DNA of 62,370 nucleotides, counting the filler, from Rhabdomonas costata (Eukaryota): NCBI GenBank assembly GCA_019059605.1. It is 37 parts of 37 records of this genome, joined end to end, with 100 filler letters (N's around TTAATTAATTAA, not from the genome) between each part and the next. Parts side by side here need not be neighbours in the genome. Positions count along the whole stretch, not along the records: positions 23,647 to 25,235 come from JAHMHO010012496.1; positions 25,336 to 26,924 come from JAHMHO010012497.1; positions 27,025 to 28,613 come from JAHMHO010012498.1; positions 28,714 to 30,302 come from JAHMHO010012499.1; positions 30,403 to 31,991 come from JAHMHO010012500.1; positions 32,092 to 33,680 come from JAHMHO010012501.1; positions 33,781 to 35,357 come from JAHMHO010012502.1; positions 35,458 to 37,045 come from JAHMHO010012503.1; 29 more parts are not named here. One strand, written 5' to 3'. Positions 24,785-36,500 of the stretch are shown piece by piece. Position 1 is the first letter of the stretch. Every line of letters starts with the position of its first letter. The translations under genes and the position numbers were made by a program. Under the pieces are notes generated by a model. That model was given only the letters and a program-made list of their open reading frames with translations, was not told the DNA's origin and did not search any database.

Positions 24785-25630
24785 AAGTGCCTTCGTGTGA
24801 ATTCGCAGAGGCGAGCTAAGCGAGTTGCCTTCGCATGACGGCGGCTGTCGCTCGTTACCAGAGCCTCGATTTTGTGTTTTGGGGGTAGGGCTGCCTTTTC
24901 GCACGCTACGTGCCTGGAGGTGAGGCACCCTGGTTTGGTTCTGGTGATGAGCGTTTTTGTTCAACAACCACATTGCCAGAGACCTTCTATGCAATTGTAA
25001 ACGTCTTGCGCTTCTGAATTTATGGCGGAAGTACGTATTGTTACAAAGAGGACCCTGTGCCACCCTTCAGCGCACGCTCGCGCTGCTTAAGGTATTTTAT
25101 TTTTCGGAGAATGGAGAATGGTTTTTGCTTCTGGATTCTGCCAGCCGTTTTCTTATTATCTCTGTGGGGTGCTACGAAGTTTCGAACGATGGCGCCCCAT
25201 CAGTGTTCCCAAGGCCATTCCATGTCCCAAAAAACNNNNNNNNNNNNNNNNNNNNNNNNNNNNNNNNNNNNNNNNNNNNTTAATTAATTAANNNNNNNNN
25301 NNNNNNNNNNNNNNNNNNNNNNNNNNNNNNNNNNNGTTTTTGGTGAAACCATTGATTCCATCCCCTGAATTCCACTGTCCGCAGGTAATTCTGGGGATGG
25401 AATCAATGGTTTCACCAAATGGACCGTCAAAATATGATGCGTTAATTGGATTGGTTCTATCCCTAACCAACTGGGCCTACTGCCCGGTGTTCGGGTCAAT
25501 TCCAGTGGGGTGATCACACTCATCCTTCGCTCGCTTGTTTTTCAGGTGGACTCAGATATTTTAGTGGCTTTTCTTCTTGTGAGAAGACTCGAAGGGTACA
25601 CTATCGGGTGGGGCGGGCTTGTGGTGCGAC

Positions 25631-25833
25631 ATGGCCGAGGACGAAGAAAAGCGGAGGGCTGACGCGGCGCGAATGGCGGAAGTGCTGCTGCAGCTCCACC
25701 TGGAGGAGCACGTGGAGAGCTTTACCTCGGGCGAGGTTACCGTGGAGACGCTGTGGTCGATGGAGGAAAAGGACTGGAAGGAGTTGCTGCCCAAACTGGG
25801 CCACCGCGTGAAGCTCCAGGCCTGGCTGAAATC
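25631..25833 (+). CDS. First exon of a SAM-domain protein (possible next exon 26512-26616)
   Basis: MAEVLLQLHLEEHVESFTSGEVTVETLWSMEEKDWKELLPKLGHRVKLQAWL fits the SAM pattern (L..Y/H...F....I/V....L..L...DL.EL...LGHR.KL). Confidence 0.8.
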
Positions 25834-27168
25834 TGTACCGCGGGTCCTTTACCATTTTTTTTGCCTTTCGTTCCCTCTTTTGGCGGTTTAGTCAATGGTT
25901 CGATGTTCTCACCAACAACTCTCACTCGGGCTTGCAGCCGAAGCGCTTGCAAGTAAGTTTCCGCAGATAGCTGCGGGAATTCCGACAACACCGACCATAG
26001 GATGAGTGAGAAAAGCACAAAAGATTGAGCGGTTACCCCTGTTTTCAACGTTATTCAACGTTATTCGAAGTGAGTTCCGAGCCAAGACGGTCATTCTGTT
26101 TCTGCTGGTCGTTATCGGTCAAAATTGGTCCTGCTGAACCTTTCCTGGGTTGTGCTGGGTGCTTCTGGCGGACCATTTAACAACACCCGTCAGGTAATCG
26201 AAAAGAAACGTCCCACCCAATAAGCGCTTCTCAGGCAAACCACCCTTTCATCTTTCGGGTCCTTGCTTTCTGCCTTTTTTTCTTTCAACCGTAGCAGAGA
26301 AACGTGAACAAATCACAAAGCTGAAATGAACAGGTCCTTTGGTTTTTCCGATGACCTTGTTTGTGGTTTGCCACCGTTGCCGAATTCCACGTAACATTTG
26401 TCTGTGTTTGTGTTTTGGGTGGCCGAGATCAAGGAAAGAGATCCCACTTGCATTGATCTCCGACTTGTTTTTCGTGAGCTGCTAAAATTCATTTTGTGGG
26501 TTTCATTTCAGGAGGTCAGGGGTCCCGCCGCTGCCGTGCCGCCAACGGGGGAGGAGCTTCTGAGCGCACACCAGAATCTTGGGGTTCAGTCAGAGGACGA
26601 GTGGGGAAGTGTCAAGGTTTGTTTTCGAGATGAAATTGAATATCAATTGTTTCACCTGATCCCCGTCGCTTTCCCACTTTTTCAGTACCTGGGTGTGTAG
26701 AAGGCAGTGAGAAAAAGGGGGGCAAGGACCACAGCTGGCGCTTTTTGTCTGATACGCGTACATTTGAACGAAACAAACTCCTGGGCGGCGTCTTTATCTT
26801 ATCTCAACCGTATCACTTGTTTGCTTCCTGTCCAATTAGTGAATTCACGTGGGCAATTCTCGTGGGTCTAGTGGCAACCTGGCTCTTTGCATTGCGAGAA
26901 GGGACGCATGACCACACACAACCCNNNNNNNNNNNNNNNNNNNNNNNNNNNNNNNNNNNNNNNNNNNNTTAATTAATTAANNNNNNNNNNNNNNNNNNNN
27001 NNNNNNNNNNNNNNNNNNNNNNNNTGTGGTGTGTGGGCAAGTATACTGTTCCAAATAAAGACTAACAGAAATCGGAAGTGAGGAAAGACGTTGCCTGTGT
27101 CTTGGGTGCCCTATAAAGGTTCGCATCGCACGGGCTCGTGGTCTTCTCTAGAAAAGAGAGGCGCAAAC

Positions 27169-28444
27169 CTTTGACAATTCGTCCAGGTCCCATGGCATCG
27201 GCTGCGAAAACTCACAGAAGACCTGAGAAAGCAAATACGACATATTCAACAAGAACGTGACGAGCAAAACGAGAGGAAAGGATAATGCAGCAGCACTGAA
27301 CGCAGCGCCGGAAATCAACAGAATTCTGCAATTTCTCCATTTGCTTTGGGTCAAGTGCTGAAGCTCGTATGAAGGATCTGGAAGTGCTTCGAGCCTAGCC
27401 CACCTTCACACGCGTTTCGCATGCGTGCAAAGTGGCTGCAGGAAGACCAAGAGCGAAATAGAAGGAGTTAAGAAGGAGTTTTAGGAGAAAAAAAAAAGAA
27501 AAGGTTTGAAGCCCGCGGAGATTCAAGAAGTAGTCATCCCCTCCACCTTCCCCAACCTGAGTCTGAGGTCCTGCCCGTGTCCCCAAGGGGGCGTTGGTGG
27601 GGCGGCTGGCATAGGTCAGCTGGTCACGGTCCCAGCGGAAGGTCAGCACATTACCCCCGGAGCGGACCACGGGTCGGTCGGTGAGGCTGAACACACTGTA
27701 GAAGCCCACTCCGAACATCCCCACGGTGGACTCCAAAGGGTTGCCCTCAGCAATGCTGCGTGTGAGCAGAAGGGTGGTGGGGTAAGCGGAAGGTATTTCT
27801 CCTTTTCTTGAAAGAGCACTACATAATGGCATACGGTCGCAGTCCAGCGCAGATTATCACCGGTCATTTGCAAAACAATTCCTCAGCTTTCAACACAAGA
27901 TCAAACATCCGCCTTCAATGCAAATCGAGAATTTAAGAAACAAAATGTCAACGATGACTTCGGTTGAACGGGAGTGGGTCCACCGCAAAAGCAAAAGGAA
28001 GTCGTCTTTGTATGGCACTCTGACTCCAGCCACCCACACAAAGAAAAGAGATCATGAACCCGCAACCTTGTCAGGCGGCGCCAGTCATCCTGAGTGAAGT
28101 CCCGGCCATCGTTAGAAACAATCATCCTGGCTACCTCATCCCCTTTCTTCTGCAGGTGGACCTCCACGTTGACTGGGAAGAACGCAAGAGCACAACGCGA
28201 AGTCGAACGAGATGACCAGGTCTTGCGCGGCAAGAGCGGTCCAAAGCAACGCTACAACCGCAAGTCAGCCACACACACAACGATCCAACCTCACCCTCCT
28301 CCTCCTCCTCCTCCCTTGCGCTTCCATCGACACGTGTCTCTCAAGAATTTACCTGCGCCAGCGTCTTCCGCGTTCTGAAGCAGCTCTCGCAAAACCCCTC
28401 CAAACTTCGTGGAGTACCTCGCAAGCATCTTGTCAATGAGCTGC
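27169..28444 (-). CDS. Sacsin-like GHKL/HATPase_c domain protein; partial, exons 28444-28353, 28172-28067, 27755-27557, 27222-27169
   Basis: RQLIDKMLARYSTKFGGVLRELLQNAEDAGA (N-box), VSNDGRDFTQDDW (G1), IAEGNP...VGMFGVGFYSVFSLTDRP (G2); GT-AG introns in phase. Confidence 0.88.
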
Positions 28445-28775
28445 CTGTGTGTCCCAAGCCAAGAGCAACCCAAGGCAAGATGAAAATAGCAGAATCTGCT
28501 GGCTCTCGGTTGGCATCGCCGGGAGAAGCAGATGGGATTCGATCACAGCTGAGGGAAAGACTCATCTAAGAGCAAGAAGCCGGTTTACATTAAATCTTTG
28601 GCACCCAAACACCNNNNNNNNNNNNNNNNNNNNNNNNNNNNNNNNNNNNNNNNNNNNTTAATTAATTAANNNNNNNNNNNNNNNNNNNNNNNNNNNNNNN
28701 NNNNNNNNNNNNNGGTTGTACTCAAGTACCTTGGGGGAGAGGATAAATGTGTGGATGTGTGCTGCGGGCATTCAG

Positions 28776-30285
28776 GTCGTGTGTGCAAGACTTCCCTTGT
28801 GAGGCGGTACATTAATGACGAGTTCTTAGATAAGGAGCAGACCACTGTCCAGGTCCTCTGCCGCTACGTCTGCTGCCCTCTCTGTTTTTTTTTGCCTTTA
28901 TCGTCATCCGGAAGCTGCAGATTCTGTGTTACGGCTCAGCTGCAGGGCAGCCGAGCTTGGGAAGTGAGTTGAGCGTGCTCAGCGCGCTTGCTACTAGTTG
29001 CAGAGTTTCTCTCCTATCTTTCACTATTTCACTATTAGTGATGAAGGTTCCAGCTGACTGTCAGATCTCAAGTGTTTCCTCGTTCCATTTGCTCACTTCT
29101 TTTTGACCCCCATGTGATTTGCTGATTGGGTGATCAACCCCAAGCTGTATTTTTCGCTGTATTTTTCCTGCTGGAATTCACTGGTTTTACATCTCAGGCA
29201 AGTATGTATTCCAAGAAGAGGGTGTCCGTCGGGGACCAGGTGGTGACCATCGCAATATGGGACACCGCGGGGCAAGAGCGCTTCCATGCGTTGGGGCCGA
29301 TCTACTACCGTGACGCGGACGGTCTGCGTGCAAGAAATCTGTTGTGAGGGCAACCCATTTTGCGGATTTGTTACAAATTCTCTCAATCTGCAGGCGTGCG
29401 AGCTGCGCACTTCGTTCTTGGTAGGAATGAAGCATGTGATAATTATCACCTACGGTATCTCGAAAAATGGAATGCAATGAAAGTTGAAACCAAAAAAGAT
29501 GCTATGGAGTAATGGCGTGGCCAAGCCTCCAATTGACGGCGCAGGAAAGGAAGACCCTTTCCTATGCCCCTAACTCGACGCTTGATATTTTGAGTTCTAT
29601 TCTGTTCAGATGGCATTGCGTGCTCTCCTGGGATAACGATCAAAAACACAGCCCCATATACGTACAGCGTACAGCGAGAGGTAGAGTCGCAGTACGACAT
29701 CCAGAAAGAGGAGTACACTGCTGAAAGAGCTAGCGAGCTAACGCCGACCCGGATTCTTTAGAAGGACCCCTCAATTGGAGGCTGCATTTCTTGAACACAT
29801 GGGATGGGAACAGGGCACAGACAACTCCGCTTTGCCTTCCCTGCCACCCCCGCCCTTCCGTCTCCTCCGGTCTAAATCTGAAATCTAGAACAGGCAGGGC
29901 AGAACTTGTGAACAAAAAACGACCAAACCACATGGAAACCAAAGCATACCCGACCACGCTTTCGAGGAGAAAGGGATAGCCAGCCGGAAACCAATCTAAA
30001 ACGCCATCAGGACAACAAGGGGCGGCCCAAAAGGTTGGGTTGGATGGATGGCCATGGGGGTCCCCCCCTGTCGGCCTCTCTTCGTCTAACTCGAGGTGGG
30101 CGGGTGCGGGTGGGTGCAGGCGCCCTGCTGGTCTACGACATCACGGACCAAGACACCTTTGACCGGGTGAAGCACTGGGTCCGGGAGCTCAAGGCGGTGG
30201 TTGGCGAGGATATTGTACTCTGCGTCGCAGGCAACAAGTCTGACCTGGAACGCTCCCGGCAAGTCACCCTGGAGGAGGCCTTGGC
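28776..30285 (+). CDS. RAB21: Rab21-like small GTPase; partial, exons 28776-28852, 29198-29321, 30120-30285
   Basis: [38 protein letters not shown] and [17 protein letters not shown] is typical of Rab21. The P-loop reads GRVCKTS. Confidence 0.9.
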
Positions 30286-30402
30286 GTACGAAACCCCCAC
30301 CCNNNNNNNNNNNNNNNNNNNNNNNNNNNNNNNNNNNNNNNNNNNNTTAATTAATTAANNNNNNNNNNNNNNNNNNNNNNNNNNNNNNNNNNNNNNNNNN
30401 NN

Positions 30403-30770
30403 GGTGGTTTTTGGGGGAAAGGCTTTGAGGTGAAGGCCGATGAGTGTGAGGTTGGTCGAAAGAGGAAGGGCCTCCATGGTCATGATACTGATGTGAAAGG
30501 GGACCTTAGAGGCCTCTTTGATAGGTCAACGGGTCGCCTCCTTGTTGAGCCATATGAGACACAAGAAATCGATCGAGCTTGGGGCCAGCTCCTCAGGGCT
30601 CGGGGTGACGTTCGCGGTGAGCAACTGGTGAGCAACGTGAAGGAATTCCAGTGGAGACGTAACCTTCCTCACGACAGTGATCCTTTCTATTCACTACTGG
30701 ATTGCATTAAGGACGGCTGCTTCCAGTGATGCTTCGTTTTTGCTTTGGGCCGGGATAGTGGAGTTATGCC
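30403..30770 (+). mobile_element. Merlin (IS1595/ISXO2-like DDE) DNA transposon, right part: internally deleted transposase ORF (30403-30729) and candidate right terminus at about 30752-30770
   Basis: GKGFEVKADECEVGRKRKG...LRGLFDRSTGRLLVEP resembles the Merlin VEIDE..F..RK...VFG..ER.TG block. It joins directly to TQEIDRAW...VKEFQWRRN...DPFYSLLDCI, the C-terminal block. The candidate end reads 5'-GGCATAACTCCACTATCCC on the minus strand. Confidence 0.75.
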
Positions 30771-30949
30771 ATTTAAACAAAGAAGCCAAGTAAGAGCGGA
30801 CTTAAGCGCAGCGCAGAACAATCTAATTCTTCACGCCCACGCCGGGTAAAATGTGGGGGAAGCGTCGGGAAGGAGCCAAGTGGGGCATCCACCTTAAACC
30901 CCAGCAAGTGGTGGCACAGCGAAACCATCACCGGCGGCTGCCTCGACAC

Positions 30950-31990
30950 GAAGCGAAAGTTGTTCAAAAAGCCCAGGAAGACTACCCACTGCGAAATGGT
31001 CCATTGGTTCACGGGATTCCCAAAGAAGGCTAGGAGCTGCGCAAAACAAAGGCACCAAGCGAAAACGACATTGTGAAAGAATGAACGCAATGGAAAGCTC
31101 TCAGACGTCAGGCCTGCTTCTTTTTTTTGGTAATGTGAGGGGACAAAGCGGCGTAAACGCACCCATCGGGCACCCACACTACGCCTACGCATACCCATCC
31201 GAACGGTCAGTGAGCTGCTTTGGGGTCCGCCACCAACCCTCGCCTTCTTTTACTTTTGCATCTTTCTCCTCAAAGCTTTTTCTGCCTCTAAAACGTATCC
31301 GTTTAGGTTGCCCATACGTATTGTGTCGTCTGTCAAAAAGGCACTCTCGCTGACGCGTTTGTGGATGTGGATGAAGATGTGCACGGGCTGCATGTGCATA
31401 TGTATGCGTATGGGCATACATGTGGGTACGTGTAAACGCACGCACGCACACACACACACCTCAGAAATCCTGCTGTATATCCCAACCGCGGGGAACAGCA
31501 CAAAAAACAGCAGCAGCGGAAGCCTCACCAAAATGTACAGGAGCTTAAAGATCCCCTGCCTGTGCGCGTGCGTGGGTGTGCATGGGTGTAGTGAGTGTGA
31601 GCGATCAATGTCTTCAATGCCGCCATCTCAACCCCCATCTCCCATTTCTCGCTCTCTTCACTATAAACGCTCCATAACGAACATCTACCGGGATGCTCAT
31701 AAAACCATCCTAAAATCAAAAGACCACCAGCACTGCGTCCAGCTCCTGAAATCGAAACGGCATTCACACCAGGACTGGGTCGCGTTGTCGATGTACGCGC
31801 CGTAGTTCACGTACTTCATCAGAAACTCTAAGTCCCACAGCCGCACCAGCCACAGCGCGTTGCAGTACCCAAAGCTGGGAAATATACAGCTGAACTCCCC
31901 CAGCCAAACGATCATGCGGTGGCGGTACTTCCGCTTCCACACCAGCCGGGTGATCCTGGCCACCCAGTACAGCAGGTACAGCACAACCCC
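30950..31990 (-). CDS. Multi-exon uncharacterised membrane protein (approximate)
   Basis: Hydrophobic GC3-rich exons VLYLLYWVARITRLVWKRKYRHRMIVWLGEFSCIFPSFGYCNALWLVRLWDLEFLMKYVNYG..., QGIFKLLYIL and LLAFFGNPVNQWTISQWVVFLGFLNNF. Confidence 0.5.
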
Positions 31991-32184
31991 CNNNNNNNNN
32001 NNNNNNNNNNNNNNNNNNNNNNNNNNNNNNNNNNNTTAATTAATTAANNNNNNNNNNNNNNNNNNNNNNNNNNNNNNNNNNNNNNNNNNNNGTTTGGGGG
32101 TTGTGGGGCGGTCCAAAACCAGGATGCGCAAAGACCGACCGCAGTTTTCCGTTTCCGTTTTCTCTCCACAAGCGCGCGGGGGTT

Positions 32185-32490
32185 ATGCAATATGCTTTGC
32201 GCATAGGGATGATTGTGCGCCAGAACCCCGGCACCACGGTGGTGCACGTGGCCAGCGTGGAGCCCGGAGCCCCGGCCTCGCAGGCCGGGGTGCAGCCCAA
32301 CGACCAGATGATCAGCTTCGGTGGGGTTCCCACCACCACCATCGGGGCCTTCCGCAGTGCTCTGAAGCAGAACGCTGTGGTGGGTCGGAGGATCCCCGTG
32401 GTGCTGGCCGCGAACATGGGCACTCAGCCACAGAGAAGCACCACCATCGTCGTCGGCACGAGGATCCGCCAGGTCAACGGCCTCCCCTAA
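32185..32490 (+). CDS. Small stand-alone PDZ-domain protein (101 aa, apparently intronless)
   Basis: LRIGMIV...VHVASVEPGAPASQAGVQPNDQMISFGG fits the PDZ pattern V..V..GSPA..AGL..GD.I..vnG; preceded by a pyrimidine tract and AG. Confidence 0.85.
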   Translation: MQYALRIGMIVRQNPGTTVVHVASVEPGAPASQAGVQPNDQMISFGGVPTTTIGAFRSALKQNAVVGRRIPVVLAANMGTQPQRSTTIVVGTRIRQVNGLP

Positions 32491-33210
32491 CAAAACGCAA
32501 ACACACACACCCGTATACAACCAGTCAACCAGGCAACAGCCAGCGCGCAAATGCGCTCAACACACACACACACGTATACACAAGAGACTCCAGCCCCCCC
32601 CCCCAAGGTGGTCGAAGCTTCAGAGACCCGAGCGGAAATTGAGCAGCGCGGGTAGCGGGTGGAAAAAAGGCAGGTGCGTGGCAAAGGCCCGGGACCCGTG
32701 AGGGAAGAAGGTAGGGTACCGCATGTGGAACGCTTGGTGGTGAGCCACGGCGGCGTGCTCCCCGAAAGTACCCACCGCCAGCACCTGTGTGGACAACAGC
32801 GCGTACGCCAGAGGACATTAGTCCCCAACAGCCAGCACGCTATGCACCCAACACACACACACACGCACACTAAGTGCATGGGGCACTTTTTTGATGGGAG
32901 TTCGTTTCTGCCCCAAACGGGCTGTCGAATACTCTCCCGGTGTATGCCGCTTCTCGGGGTACGGATCACTGCCGCTGTTGGACGGCGTTTTTGGAAAACT
33001 AAATGGCGCATTAAACCGTGTGGTGGCTCCAGGGAGCTCTAACCGTCTGCGCTTGCCCAGTCTGCGTTGGCTGCTCGATAGCCTTCTGCCACTTTTCTTC
33101 TTCCTGGGATCCTGATGAGAGATAGAGTCAACATCCGATCTCATGAACAAGAGACAGGAATACACCGCCGGCAATACACACTGCGAGAGTTATGACGTAA
33201 CCAGCTTCAG

Positions 33211-33549
33211 GACCTGTGTTCCCTCTCTTGCGGAAGGTTCCCGCGAACCTCCCGCCGATGCGCACCGTGGAGGAGCTCGAGGAGATCCTCCGCGAGCGGT
33301 CCAAGCTTCACGCCGTGGCTGTCGCGGCGTTCAACATCTGCGACGCCGACGGCAGCGGGGTGGTGTCGCGGCAGGAGCTGGCCACGGGTATGCGCAGGAT
33401 GCTTCCCCCGGAGGCCAGCCGGTCCCTCACGGACCCGCAGATGATGGAGGCCTTCGACCGCGCCGACGCCGACGGCAGCGGGTACCTCGTAGGCGGGGAG
33501 TTCGTGCCCGTGGTGGAGCACTGCTTCCGGATGATCATCCAGAATGCCC
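33211..33549 (+). CDS. EF-hand calcium-binding protein exon (two EF-hands)
   Basis: FNICDADGSGVVSRQEL and FDRADADGSGYLVGGEF loops; flanked by cag| and |gtatgc. Confidence 0.88.
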
Positions 33550-36500
33550 GTATGCCCCCCTCCCTTGCAATCGTGCTGGCGCTGCTCGAAACCCACTACC
33601 CGCTGACCTGTACTCAGCGCAGTTACAGCTAACCGTTGGCCTGCCGTGCGGATATGGTCGTCCGTATCCGCACACCACAANNNNNNNNNNNNNNNNNNNN
33701 NNNNNNNNNNNNNNNNNNNNNNNNTTAATTAATTAANNNNNNNNNNNNNNNNNNNNNNNNNNNNNNNNNNNNNNNNNNNNGTGGGTGGGTGGACAACCTC
33801 AATGCAAACCGCTCCCGCTGGGCGGAAATCGACAGCGCAGGGGAGGCGAAGCCTCCGGCCTGAGAGCGCAATGTGCTCGGTTGGGGTCTTGCGCTGCTGA
33901 GCGGCGGGCTATTGCATAGTGTCCGGATGCCCCCACTTGGTTTTTTCTCGCGTTTTTTCTCGGATTGACTCACGCTGCACAGCAGCCGGTCCCCGTGACT
34001 GGGGTTTCCGGGTTTCCAGTGTAACTGTAGCTGTTGCTTTGATTCGAATCAGAAGGGGCAGAAGCAAGCAACTACAGCATTCCTGATGCAGCACGGAAGG
34101 CGGGCGGAAATCAGATCACTCTAATGGATGGATCAAAGTTGTGATACCTTCTGAGCTTCAGAGGCAGAAACGCTTTCTGCGCGTGGGGCGTGGGTGGTGC
34201 GTGGGTTCTGAGTGCAGTAGCTGTTCTGCTTCGATTCAGGGTGCAACGACGGCAATTACTGTTCAGATCCATCCGCGACCTAAGAGATCCTGGAAAGACT
34301 CCCGGGAACGTGCATCGCCCCATAGCCCCGCAAAACCTAATACCTCATCCAGGGCACGCGTGTATCGCCCCTAACCCCCTGGCCAACAGGAAGAGAACCA
34401 CCGAGGATCGGATGTGTGGGCACGAGGAAAACATGCAATTAGTTGTGATGTGAATGCACCTATGCAATATTTTTCTTGGAAGGTTGCGTTCGTATTTCAC
34501 CATGGATGCAAAGTCACCGGTACCGAGAGGGCAGCGCTGGCGGGGAACGAGCTGGTGCAGGCCCGCATACCCGTTGGCGGGGTGTGGGGTTGGAGTTGCT
34601 GCTTTAGGAGTGCGGCGGTGAGTGCGGGCACACCTCTGAATGGTTGTTCTCTGCGTCCGCTCGCTCTCAGAAAGGGTGCGAAGCAGACACTCCGCAAACC
34701 CCTGCGTGCGCATGTGCGTGGGTAGTTAGACTGGCCTTGACAAGAAGTGGGTGAGCAGCAGTGGGGAAGTTTCACCAAGGAGGTGAGGTTTCCGAGAACC
34801 TGTCTCCATTTATGGATGGGACCGGAAAAGAGACAGCGGCGGACTCTGCAAAGGTTTTCCCTCACCGATGGCTTAACCAGGATTGCATGTGGAACACTTA
34901 CAACACAAAGGGCACACCCTGGCGTCCTTCATGTTGCATGCCGGCACAGCGGACGACGACGACGACGTCGACGACGAGGAGGAGACGCAGGCCATGGTGC
35001 GGTTGAGACAGCTCGAGCCACCCATGGGCAGCGCCGCAGCCGAGGAGGGGACGACAGGCTCTGCTCGGGTCACCTTCGTTTGGGAAGACGATGTAAAAGG
35101 CAGAATGAGAGAAGGAAGAGGGGCGGCATGGCGAGAGCTGAACTTTGGCAAGCGTGGATGTGTAGGAGAATCGCCTGGACGTTGACACTTGGGATGCATA
35201 GGAAGAAAATGCGCCTTGTCTTCTCTCCTCAGTCAATCCAGACGGTACCTTATAGAGAGAGTGTGTGTGGGCGTGACTCTGCATGCGTGAGTATGTGTAT
35301 GTGCGTTGGCGCTGGCAGTGCGCTGGCACCTGACTGGCTGACGGTAACCCCAACACCNNNNNNNNNNNNNNNNNNNNNNNNNNNNNNNNNNNNNNNNNNN
35401 NTTAATTAATTAANNNNNNNNNNNNNNNNNNNNNNNNNNNNNNNNNNNNNNNNNNNNGAGCCCAAGCGCCTCCTGCTTGAGAGTACGCCCTGCTGAGCTG
35501 CCGCGCAGCCCTACGCAATTTAAAGAAAAGGCTGAAAGATCTAATTCTTCCCGCTGTACAATGCTTGCTCCTTCTCAAAGAATTCCATGCAAAGGAAGGG
35601 GTTTCGGCAACATTGTGCACGTGGAATTAAAAGATAAAAAGCTTTTGCATGAAAGGTCATTAACACACACACCTAAAACGGCCGAAGCCAACAATGAGAC
35701 AAGAATCAAGAACATGACGGTACCTTCGGTTAGGACATGGAAATTGAAGTTATTGTCTACCACAAAATTGACGAGTCGCAACTTTGTGATATGTATTTAA
35801 CATAATACATAGCATACAGCTTACATCCTATTAATTTTCCATTGCATACCGGACATATTGAGAGAAAATCAGAGCTAAGGATTATACATAAAGGAGTGGT
35901 CGATGTTTTGACTTCACCCAGTGCAAAAAAAAAGTGAACGGAATGGGGTTGGCGGCATGTCTAAAAGGCGATAATTTTGGTTCATACATGGTGGACAAGG
36001 AGGTTCAACAGCACTGCTGTCAGATGTCACCACACAAGAGGCCATCCGCCTGCCCCACGTGTGCTTATGTACAAAAACGCGAAAGATAACGTTAACGCCC
36101 ATGCTACTCCCACCACCGCAGAAGCGTTAAGAAACGCAAAGAACCATCTTGCGGCGACACATGCACAGCTCACCACTTGTTAACTTGCGCATTTCTTCTT
36201 TGGCAGCTCACAACGCGCTGATAATGGCTTGGGAGACCAGAAGACTGGAACAACGGCTTTTCCGTGAGCGTCAGCGGGAGCAAGCTGGCCTTCCTGGTGC
36301 GATGTGGTTACTTACATTGTTTGCCTCAGCAGTACTGCAGTATAGATCCCCACTTTGCAACTGAGGTGATGTTCGCAAGATGAATGCACAGTTAAATGGT
36401 GAATCTTGCTTGCTCGGCAAAAAAGAGAGAATCTGGATTCTGAGCAGTAAACTGAGTTCGGGTTCCCTGTTTTTTTCCCCCGTTTTCACAGAGCTTGGTG

